NCBI GenBank assembly: GCA_963753165.1
Contig: CAVWBP010000013.1
Coordinates: forward strand, 51,385 to 115,384
Direction of reading: 5' to 3'
DNA length: 64,000 bases
Source: Thermodesulfovibrionales bacterium
Lineage (GTDB): Bacteria > Nitrospirota > Thermodesulfovibrionia > Thermodesulfovibrionales > SM23-35
The translations under genes were made by a program, and so were the position numbers. Below the pieces are notes generated by a model. The model was not told the origin of the DNA. It searched no databases and worked only from the letters and a program-made list of their open reading frames with translations. Positions 10,730 to 18,367 of the stretch are shown one piece after another (position 1 is the first letter of the stretch; each line of letters begins with the position of its first letter).

Positions 10730-11350
10730 ATGAGCAAAGAGCGAAGTGCAGAGGGCAGAGAGATGAAAACCATATCTGAGAAGCGTGTTTTCCCGAAAAG
10801 GACGTCCGAAGTCTTTCCCCGGCTCGTTAATCCCGGCTACTGGCTCTATACTCTGTGCTCTCTGTTCTTTGTTCTTAGCTTTTTGCTCTTGGCTCCCTGC
10901 TCTTCGCTCTCCGCGGAAACCATCCGGGACCGGGTGGTTGCATCTATCGACAACACTGCGATTACACTCAGCGACCTTGAGGACAAGTATGCGGAAACGG
11001 TGAAGGTTCTGCCGGACATTACGAGAGAAGAGGTGCTCAATACTATGGTCAACAGGATGCTCCTTGTCAGAGAGGGGCAAAAGATCAGGATTGAAGCGAC
11101 TTCTGAAGATGAACTCATGAAGGAATATATTGACCTGAAAATCCGCGCATTCATCAGAATCAAAGATGAAGAGTCATCAGAGTATTATAACTCGCACCGC
11201 GAGGCCTTTGGAGAAAAGGAATTCGATGACGTAAGGGAGGAGATCGAGGATTATCTTACTGAACGCGAACTGAACGACCGTCTCAAGCTCCATCTCGCCG
11301 AACTCAAAAAGAAGACCTGTATCAGAATCAGGTTTCATGAAAAACAGTAA
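10730..11350 (+). CDS. SurA N-terminal-domain-like periplasmic chaperone (no PPIase domain)
   Basis: Starts 5 nt after bamA. A hydrophobic anchor or signal (LYTLCSLFFVLSFLLLAPCSSLSA) is followed by RVVASIDNTAITLSDLEDKY...MVNRMLLVREGQK, which resembles the SurA_N chaperone domain. ATG 10763 is an alternative start. Confidence 0.5.
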   Translation: MSKERSAEGREMKTISEKRVFPKRTSEVFPRLVNPGYWLYTLCSLFFVLSFLLLAPCSSLSAETIRDRVVASIDNTAITLSDLEDKYAETVKVLPDITREEVLNTMVNRMLLVREGQKIRIEATSEDELMKEYIDLKIRAFIRIKDEESSEYYNSHREAFGEKEFDDVREEIEDYLTERELNDRLKLHLAELKKKTCIRIRFHEKQ

Positions 11351-11383
11351 TCGTTCCAGGGTGCGCATACTGCCTGACAGGAA

Positions 11384-12247
11384 ATGAGATTGGGCAAACC
11401 ATTTATCAGCATAGGGATCATTCTTCTCCTTTCATACGCGGTTATCCTTCTTGTCGTATATCTCAGGCAGGACAGCATGCTCTATTTCCCCGAAAAAACC
11501 CTCTGGACGACACCGGAATCCGCAGGGCTTTCGTATGAAGATGTCATGCTGAAAACGAACGACGGGATCAATATCGCCGCGTGGTATCTCCCGGCAGACA
11601 ATGAACAGGGTGTGCTCCTCTTCTGTCACGGAAATGCAGGGAACATCTCCCACCGGCTGGATTCCCTCAGGATATTTCATGGCATGAACCTCAGTGTGCT
11701 CATCTTCGATTACAGGGGATACGGCAACAGCGAGGGAAAGCCGTCTGAGAATGGTACCTATCTCGATGCAGAGGCTGCGTGGGATTATCTGGTCCGGGTG
11801 AAACAGAAACCGCCGGAGAGGATCGTTCTGTTCGGCCGTTCACTCGGTGCAGCGGTGGCTGCCGAGATTGCACAGAGAAAGAACCCCGGAGCCCTTATCC
11901 TGGAATCCGCGTTTACCTCGGCGCCGGATATCGGACAATCCCTGTATCCCTTCTTCCCTGTCAGGTTGTTGTCAAAATATCAGTATGCAACAGTGGAAAA
12001 AATTATCGATCTCCCCTGTCCGAAGCTGATTATTCACAGCACTGAGGATGAAATAATCCCTTTCAGGTTCGGCCGGAGGCTTTTCGAACGCGCGTCTCAG
12101 CCAAAGGAATTTCTTGCAATCAGAGGCGGACACAACGAAGGGTTTCTCCTGTCCGGGAAGACCTATATCGAGGGGATTAGGGCATTCATGGAGAAATATA
12201 TGTTTGTGCGGACGGAAGTCCCTCCCCTTAAGGTAAGGGGAGGGTAG
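11384..12247 (+). CDS. Membrane-anchored alpha/beta-fold hydrolase
   Basis: N-terminal TM, HGNAGN region, nucleophile elbow GRSLG, then Asp (STEDEIIP) and His (GGHNEGF) in the canonical triad order. The last 9 codons and the stop are encoded by a G/C-rich hairpin repeat. Confidence 0.75.
   Translation: MRLGKPFISIGIILLLSYAVILLVVYLRQDSMLYFPEKTLWTTPESAGLSYEDVMLKTNDGINIAAWYLPADNEQGVLLFCHGNAGNISHRLDSLRIFHGMNLSVLIFDYRGYGNSEGKPSENGTYLDAEAAWDYLVRVKQKPPERIVLFGRSLGAAVAAEIAQRKNPGALILESAFTSAPDIGQSLYPFFPVRLLSKYQYATVEKIIDLPCPKLIIHSTEDEIIPFRFGRRLFERASQPKEFLAIRGGHNEGFLLSGKTYIEGIRAFMEKYMFVRTEVPPLKVRGG
12220..12244. repeat. G/C-rich hairpin repeat (CCCTCCCCTTA-AGG-TAAGGGGAGGG), same family as the 45930-46124 cluster
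   Basis: A perfect 11-bp stem, read directly from the sequence. It encodes the hydrolase tail PPLKVRGG and is followed by TAG at 12245-12247. Confidence 0.6.
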
Positions 12248-12311
12248 AAGGGGTTATGAATCCCTGAGTGGACGGCGTCAACGTGTATACTATTTTGAGA
12301 ACCTTAATGTG

Positions 12312-13307
12312 ATGAAAACACAGGGAATGAAGAAAAAAAGACTTGCCGTTACCATGGGCGACCCGGGAGGCATCGGGGCAGAAATCATAGTCCGGGCTGT
12401 CGCATCTCCTGCGGTCAGGAAATGCTGTATCCCCGTAATTATCGGAGATGCGGGCGTGATGCAGGAGGCAGTTGCACTCCTCAGATTGCCCACTGCAATA
12501 AAAACCGTGGGTTCACCTGAAGAAATAAAGTCGGTACAGAACACAATCCATGTTATTGATATGAAAAGCATTCCCGGGATAAAAAAACGTATGCCGACGT
12601 CTGAAGGAGGTGCTGCATGCGCACGCTATATCAGAAAGGCGGTCGAGCTTGCTGCGGAGAAAAAGGTTGACGGGGTTGTTACCGCGCCGATATCAAAGGA
12701 AGCCATGAAGATGGCAGGGTTGCCATGGCCGGGCCATACGGAGATGCTTGCAGAATTGACAGGGACAAAAGACTACGCCATGATGCTCGCGGGAGGTCCC
12801 CTCCGTGTCATACTGGTTACCATACACACGGCGATCAGTCAGGTGCCGGCGCTAATCACGAAACAGAGGGTCCTGAAAACGATCAGGCTTGCAGAGAAGG
12901 CATGCAGAATGCTGAATATCAAAAAACCAAGAATCGCAGTTGCAGGGCTCAATCCGCATGCCGGAGAGGCGGGGATGTTCGGAGATGAAGAGATCAATGC
13001 AATCATCCCTGCGATACGGGCTGCGGTGAAAGAGGGCATTCCTGTCTCAGGCCCCTGGCCCCCGGATACGGTTTTCCATAAGGCGTATGCAGGTGAGCTC
13101 GACATGGTTGTCTGCATGTATCACGACCAGGGATTGATTCCCCTCAAGATGATCGCATTCGACACCGGGGTGAATGTTACGGTTGGATTGCCTTTTGTCC
13201 GCACTTCTCCTGACCACGGGACAGCCTATGACATCGCATGGAAAGGGATTGCGAATCCTTCAAGTATGATCGAAGCGATAAAAGTTGCTTCGACATTGAA
13301 AATTTAG
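12312..13307 (+). CDS. pdxA: 4-hydroxythreonine-4-phosphate dehydrogenase PdxA
   Basis: Hallmarks MGDPGGIGAEI, GHTEMLAE, GLNPHAGE, YHDQGLIPLK, TSPDHGTAYDIA. Alternative starts are GTG 12309 and ATG 12327. Confidence 0.9.
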   Translation: MKTQGMKKKRLAVTMGDPGGIGAEIIVRAVASPAVRKCCIPVIIGDAGVMQEAVALLRLPTAIKTVGSPEEIKSVQNTIHVIDMKSIPGIKKRMPTSEGGAACARYIRKAVELAAEKKVDGVVTAPISKEAMKMAGLPWPGHTEMLAELTGTKDYAMMLAGGPLRVILVTIHTAISQVPALITKQRVLKTIRLAEKACRMLNIKKPRIAVAGLNPHAGEAGMFGDEEINAIIPAIRAAVKEGIPVSGPWPPDTVFHKAYAGELDMVVCMYHDQGLIPLKMIAFDTGVNVTVGLPFVRTSPDHGTAYDIAWKGIANPSSMIEAIKVASTLKI

Positions 13308-13335
13308 CGTAAATTCATATACTCCCGTTTCAACA

Positions 13336-13450
13336 CGGCGGGTACAGTATTTTTGCTCATTCTCGGTCCGCATTAGCGAGCCCTCCGAGGAGAATTCTGT
13401 GTCGATAAAGCTCCACAGAATTTAAATCCGCAAAAATACTGTATCCGCCG
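13336..13450. repeat. Intergenic palindromic element (arms CGGCGGGTACAGTATTTTTG / CAAAAATACTGTATCCGCCG)
   Basis: 20-bp inverted arms with 1 mismatch flank an inner hairpin (GAATTCTGTG...CACAGAATT). A partial second copy lies at 34340-34396. Confidence 0.6.
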
Positions 13451-13492
13451 TGGTTATGGTAAATTGATGAATAAACAGGGGAAGATGCTCTC

Positions 13493-14767
13493 ATGAATCT
13501 CAACAAGAAACATCTCATCAGCTGGACGCTGTTCGACTTTGCAAACTCAAGCTATTCAGCAGTGATCGTGGCAGTTGTTTTCCCCGTGTATTATGCCACC
13601 GTAATTGTCGGGAACGATGCCGGACTCGGCGACCTGTGGTGGGGAAGGGCAATTTCAATGAGCATGGCGATTGTCGCCTTCACGTCGCCTTTTCTCGGAG
13701 GAATCGCAGACTTCGGTGGACTGAGGAAAAAATTTCTCTTTCTCTATACCGCCATCAGTGTAGCGGCAATTGCAGGCCTGTCCTGCCTGAACGAGGGAAT
13801 GGTCATCGAAGGATTCCTGCTTGTTGTCATTGCCAATCTCGGCATGGAAGGCGGACTGGTTTTCTACAACTCCTTTCTCCCGAGAATAGCCCCTCCGGAA
13901 TATACCGGCAGGGTGTCTGCATGGGGATATATGGTCGGGTATGCCGGTTCTATCGCTGCTCTCCTGATCGCACTCCCCCTGGTCAAAGCAGGAGATTTCA
14001 GGATTGTATGGGTGATGGTCGCCCTGTTCTTTGCCTTGTTTTCCGTGCCCGCATTTTTGTTCCTCCCCGGGGACAGAAGAGCAGACGGTTCCTGGACCCA
14101 TGCCGGTGCGAAAGGGGTCCGCTATACAATGGAAACTCTGCGAGAGATTTGGCGGGGGAAAGAGGCGAGAAAATTTTTGATATCGTTTCTTCTCTATGAA
14201 GACGGGGTAAATACCGTTATCGTTTTTTCGAGCATTTTTGCCGCAACAACCCTCGGGTTTCAGGCCCAGGAGTTGATCGTCCTCTATCTTCTTGTACAAC
14301 TGACCGCTTTGCTGGGGTCCCTGGTCATGGCAAAACCCATCGACCTTTGGGGGCCAAAAAAAGTCGTCTACTTATCACTTCTCCTGTGGACGCTTGTTGC
14401 CACGCTCGCCTTTTTCGTACAAACAAAGATTCAGTTCTGGGGAGTCGCGTTATGCGCAGGCCTCGGCCTTGGCACTGTCCAGGCAGCCTCGCGTGCTCTC
14501 TATACACAATTTATTCCCCGGGGGAAAGAGGCTGAATATTTCGGCGTATACTCTTTGGTGGGCAAATCTTCAGCAATCCTCGGTCCGCTCGCATTCGGGC
14601 AGATATCAACCGCGTTCGGAAGCCAAAGACCTGCAATCCTGTCGATTGCCGCTTTTTTTCTTGCCGGGATGATTATACTGGGTTTCGTCAGGGCAGGAGG
14701 ACCGAATATTCACAAGCGTTCTCAGGCCAAAGTGTTTATAAATTCAACGGACGAACACGGCAGATGA
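13493..14767 (+). CDS. MFS transporter, UMF1/Atg22-like family
   Basis: 424 aa with about 12 hydrophobic helices. The N-terminal WTLFDFANSSYSAVIVAVVFPVYY motif is typical of Atg22-like MFS permeases. Confidence 0.75.
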   Translation: MNLNKKHLISWTLFDFANSSYSAVIVAVVFPVYYATVIVGNDAGLGDLWWGRAISMSMAIVAFTSPFLGGIADFGGLRKKFLFLYTAISVAAIAGLSCLNEGMVIEGFLLVVIANLGMEGGLVFYNSFLPRIAPPEYTGRVSAWGYMVGYAGSIAALLIALPLVKAGDFRIVWVMVALFFALFSVPAFLFLPGDRRADGSWTHAGAKGVRYTMETLREIWRGKEARKFLISFLLYEDGVNTVIVFSSIFAATTLGFQAQELIVLYLLVQLTALLGSLVMAKPIDLWGPKKVVYLSLLLWTLVATLAFFVQTKIQFWGVALCAGLGLGTVQAASRALYTQFIPRGKEAEYFGVYSLVGKSSAILGPLAFGQISTAFGSQRPAILSIAAFFLAGMIILGFVRAGGPNIHKRSQAKVFINSTDEHGR

Positions 14768-14787
14768 ATTTTTATTCACTCGTTACG

Positions 14788-14807
14788 ATCCCGAAAGCTT
14801 TCGGGAT
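14788..14807. repeat. Perfect 20-bp palindrome ATCCCGAAAGCTTTCGGGAT (recurrent; possible terminator hairpin)
   Basis: Lies 21 nt after the MFS stop. Near-identical palindromes TCCCGAAAGCCTTCGGGA occur at 26151-26170 and 34321-34338. Confidence 0.5.
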
Positions 14808-14839
14808 AAATCCTTAACAGCTGTGTGAAATCTTTCTCC

Positions 14840-14942
14840 GTCATTCCACGACTTGATCCCCCGATCAAGTCGGAGGATGGAATCCAGTACCGAAAAATAT
14901 TTTATACAAGAACTGGATTATCCGGTCAAGCCGGATAATGAC
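14840..14942. repeat. Composite palindromic repeat, GTCATT...AATGAC superfamily (type B)
   Basis: GTCATTCC-[CGACTTGATCCCCCGATCAAGTCG]-GGAATCCAG, spacer, CTGGATTATCCGGTCAAGCCGGATAATGAC. Homologous copies lie at 18261-18345, 42117-42219 (inverted) and 47954-48081 (inverted). Confidence 0.7.
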
Positions 14943-15052
14943 AACCATTGGAATAGCGTGCATTATGCATAAACAAGGCTGATACGGTTGCTTTTGTATC
15001 AGGAAAACATGCATACTTTTAAAAAAGAAAGTGGTTCACAGGTAAGGAATTT

Positions 15053-15406
15053 ATGTTACGGTGCATTCTGAGAGCAAAAATACATGGCGCAACGGTTACA
15101 GAGTCTAACCTTTCGTACGAGGGGAGTATCACTATTGATGAAACGGTCCTGAAAAAGGCGGGCATCCTTTCCTATGAGCAGGTGATGATAAGCAACCTGA
15201 ACAACGGAGAACGGTTCGAAACATATGTCATCCCCGGAAAACGCGGTGAAATATGCCTGAACGGCCCGACAGCACGGAAAGGGGTGGTCGGGGACAAGAT
15301 CATCATCTTCTGCTACAGTTATTTCCAGGACGATGCGATAAAGAATTTCAAACCGGACATCGTTTTCCTCGACGACAGGAACCGGATCCTCACCACAAAA
15401 AAGTAA
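15053..15406 (+). CDS. panD: Aspartate 1-decarboxylase PanD
   Basis: MLRCILRAKIHGATVTESNLSYEGSITID, which includes the self-processing Gly-Ser site. Length is 117 aa. Confidence 0.9.
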   Translation: MLRCILRAKIHGATVTESNLSYEGSITIDETVLKKAGILSYEQVMISNLNNGERFETYVIPGKRGEICLNGPTARKGVVGDKIIIFCYSYFQDDAIKNFKPDIVFLDDRNRILTTKK

Positions 15407-15425
15407 TTTTCTTCCCAAAATTTTC

Positions 15426-15453
15426 TTGACACCCCCCGTCACTTGATTATAAA
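15426..15453 (+). promoter_or_regulatory. Sigma-70-type promoter candidate (TTGACA-16 nt-TATAAA)
   Basis: TTGACA at 15426-15431 and TATAAA at 15448-15453, upstream of the TetR remnant and the tolC-emrAB operon. Confidence 0.45.
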
Positions 15454-15454
15454 C

Positions 15455-15484
15455 TGAACATAAGTTCACATGAACAAGCGTTCA
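15455..15484. promoter_or_regulatory. Two tandem operator-like palindromes TGAAC-N4-GTTCA
   Basis: TGAACATAAGTTCA (15455-15468) and TGAACAAGCGTTCA (15471-15484), immediately downstream of the -10 box. Confidence 0.45.
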
Positions 15485-15571
15485 GTAATTAAATCCAGAC
15501 AGATGGTCATTCATGCTGCGCTTACTATATTTTCAAAGCGCGGATATTCTCAAGTCCGGAATACTGAGTGA
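15470..15571 (+). pseudogene. Remnant of a TetR-family regulator (33 codons of the N-terminal HTH region only)
   Basis: ATG 15470 gives MNKRSVIKSRQMVIHAALTIFSKRGYSQVRNTE-stop. The R..I..AA..lF...GY pattern is the TetR N-terminus. No continuation appears in any frame before tolC at 15604. Confidence 0.45.
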
Positions 15572-15603
15572 TTTATTCTAAAGGGCGGGGAGGGAGAGAA
15601 TAG

Positions 15604-16959
15604 ATGAAGAAGACAGTTTTCATCCCGGTTTTTCTTTTCTTGTTTTTTCAGTATGCGTTCGCACAGACAGAAAATAGTCCGGAAGCCCTACGTGGCGCCT
15701 GCCCGGAATACACGCTTCAGGAACTTTTCGTGCTTGCCCTGGACAGTTCCGAACAGGTCGGAATATCCGGGCAGGATCTTATTCTTGCAGAGAGAGGCAG
15801 GGAAAAAGCGCTTTCGTCGCTTCTGCCGAGAGTTTCGGCCTTCGGGGAATTCACCCGATACAGTGAGGAGAGAAATATTTCCGGTGATATAGGAATAGGA
15901 AGCTTTTCCATACAGCCGGAATCATCCTCAGCGTGGGGATTAAGGATCGACCAGTCGCTTTCCCTCGGAGGGAGGGAGATCCGCAATTTCAGGATATCGC
16001 GGAACGCTATCGAAAGTAGTAAATACGCTCTGCATGCAACCAAGGAGGCGTATCTCCTGAGGGTGGCCGAAGCATTTTATGATGTCCTGAAAGCCTTGAA
16101 AACAGCAGATATTTCACGGGAGAATGTGAAGCGGCTCGGAAAATACCGGGATGATGCGAAGATACGGCTGCAGGTCGGAGAAGTAACAAAGACAGCCCTC
16201 CTCAGAGCAGAGGCAGAGTTGTCCGGCGCACAGTCCGACCGGATCAGGACAGAGAATATCCTGGTCCTTGCGAAGGCTGTCCTTGCGCGGGTCGCCGGTA
16301 TCGAAGGAGAGTACGGACTGAAAGAATCCTCTCCCGAAGATACGGTTCCCGCTGACGATCTGCAATCACTCTCATCCCTCAAGACTGAAGCTATGCAGGA
16401 AAGGTCTGAGCTCAAATCAAATCAGATGCAGAAGATTATTGCGGCAGAACAGGTCGGATATGCAAAGGGTGCATACTGGCCGACGCTCTCTCTTGAAGGG
16501 GTATATCTCAAAAGGGATGAAGACCCTTCATCACCGTTCTTGAATGATGAAAGCATGTACGGAGTACTGAGGCTGGACTTCCCCTTCTTCGAAGGCGGAT
16601 TGAGGAGGGCTGAGGTGAGAGAAGCGGAGGCGAGAGAAAAACAGGCCCAGCTGAGCTACGAATATCTGAAGAAAGAAATATACATCGAAGTCGAAAGCGC
16701 CTATCTTGCGCTGAAGACACAGAAAGGCATGCTGAAATCACTGCAGGACCAGCTTGAATTCGCAAAGGAAAATTACCATGCGGTTTCGAAGCAGTTCACC
16801 TACGGGCTTGCCGACAGCATCGATGTTGTAGACGCAAATACCCTTCTGGTCGAGTCAGAGAGACAACTGAGCAGGGCGCACTATGACTATAAACTGGCAT
16901 CCCTCGTACTGAAGCGGGCAACGGGAACACTATTCAAGATAGCTGTTCCTATGCAGTAA
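15604..16959 (+). CDS. TolC-family outer membrane efflux protein
   Basis: Signal peptide MKKTVFIPVFLFLFFQYAFAQ and a two-repeat coiled-coil/beta pattern. First gene of an operon with HlyD- and MFS-type partners. Confidence 0.85.
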   Translation: MKKTVFIPVFLFLFFQYAFAQTENSPEALRGACPEYTLQELFVLALDSSEQVGISGQDLILAERGREKALSSLLPRVSAFGEFTRYSEERNISGDIGIGSFSIQPESSSAWGLRIDQSLSLGGREIRNFRISRNAIESSKYALHATKEAYLLRVAEAFYDVLKALKTADISRENVKRLGKYRDDAKIRLQVGEVTKTALLRAEAELSGAQSDRIRTENILVLAKAVLARVAGIEGEYGLKESSPEDTVPADDLQSLSSLKTEAMQERSELKSNQMQKIIAAEQVGYAKGAYWPTLSLEGVYLKRDEDPSSPFLNDESMYGVLRLDFPFFEGGLRRAEVREAEAREKQAQLSYEYLKKEIYIEVESAYLALKTQKGMLKSLQDQLEFAKENYHAVSKQFTYGLADSIDVVDANTLLVESERQLSRAHYDYKLASLVLKRATGTLFKIAVPMQ

Positions 16960-17071
16960 AATAGAACAGACATATAGTGAAAATCCATGATAGTATTATT
17001 TTTGAAACTCATCGCGGTTCTTATAGTGAATATAGGATGATAAAATCGAAGAAACAAGGGGATCAACTCTG

Positions 17072-18176
17072 ATGGATGAAGAAAAGAAGAATAGTAACAA
17101 TAACAATAATAACAAGAGGAAGAAATTCGGCTTTCTTGTCCTTGCAGTAGTGCTTCTCGCAGGGGCAGTGAGCCTCTTCTTCTATCTCAAATATAAAGCT
17201 ACCCATATTACTACCGATGATGCGTTTATTGAAGGGAATATCCATACCATAGCGTCCAAAGTCCCTGGGACAGTGAAAAAAATATACGTCGCATCGAATC
17301 AGTATGTGAAAAAAGGCGAGATTCTTGTCGAACTGGATACGGCTGATTACGAAGTTAAATTACAGGAAGCTTCATCAGGAGTGAATGCTGAACAAGCAAA
17401 ACTTATTGAGGTTGGAACAAGAATCAATGTCGCGAAGAGCAGGGTGGCAGAGTTAAATGCAGCCTTGGGCGCTGCGAAAGCCAATCTTGAACTTCAGGAG
17501 GCAAATCTTCAGCAGGCTGAGAATGACAGCAGAAGGGCAGAAAATCTTTATAAAAAAGAGAGCATTTCTAAAGACAGATATGAAAAGATGATGACTGCTC
17601 ACACAGTTGCCCTGGCACAAGTAAAAGCTGCAAAAGAGCAGATTACCCAGGTGGAGAGAGAGCTTGAGACTCAGAAAACTATTGTGAAACAGACAGAGGC
17701 GTCGAGAACTGCTCAAATGTCTGCCATACAGGAAAAAGAAGCAAAACAAAATTCTGCACAACTCAATTATGGATACACAAAGATTTATGCACCGGCAGAT
17801 GGATATATAACAAAAAAATCGGTTGAACTCGGAAACCAGGTACAGGCAGGCCAGCCGATCATGGCGGTTGTATCCTTTGATGATCTTTCTATCACTGCGA
17901 ATTACAAAGAGACACAACTTGAGAAGATCAAGCCGGGACAAAAAGTGAAAATCAAGGTTGATTCCTATCCTGGAAAGACATTTGATGGCAAAGTGGACAG
18001 CATAATGGCTGGTACTGGTGCTGTTTTTTCACTTATTTCCACCGGAAAATGCAACGGGGAATTATGTGAAAGTTGTACAGAGGATACCCGTGAAAATTGT
18101 GCTTGACAAAGAAACAGACAAAGACCATATCCTCCGTGTCGGGATGTCTGTCGTGCCGACGATATTGATCGAGTGA
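17072..18176 (+). CDS. HlyD/EmrA-family membrane fusion protein (apparent 1-nt frameshift near 18036)
   Basis: N-terminal TM followed by a long coiled coil. ORF 17072..18106 reads ...GTGAVFSLI. The +1 frame then continues PPENATGNYVKVVQRIPVKIVLDKETDKDHILRVGMSVVPTILIE with stop at 18176, which is the conserved EmrA C-terminus. Confidence 0.8.
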
Positions 18177-18260
18177 ATCCGGGATATTCGAAAAACCTGT
18201 AATGTCTTGATTCAAGCCAATGATCCTCAAAGATAGTAAGAGTTGTTAAATATTTTTAAT

Positions 18261-18345
18261 GTCATTCCCCGACTCCGATCGGGGAATCCAGTATCAAAAA
18301 CTTTCAGGAAAGGAACTGGATTATCCGGTCAAGCCGGATAATGAC
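18261..18345. repeat. Composite palindromic repeat, GTCATT...AATGAC superfamily (type B)
   Basis: GTCATTCCCCGACTCCGATCGGGGAATCCAG, spacer, CTGGATTATCCGGTCAAGCCGGATAATGAC. Each half is a 9-bp-stem hairpin. Confidence 0.7.
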
Positions 18346-18367
18346 AATTATTGGAATTAGGTTCATT

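Noticed and set aside
17087-17116. An AAT/AAC codon run encoding NSNNNNNNKRKK at the EmrA N-terminus, considered as a possible contingency repeat.
   Set aside because: It is a short imperfect trinucleotide run that stays in frame and lies in a cytoplasmic tail of low complexity. There is no evidence of phase-variable function.
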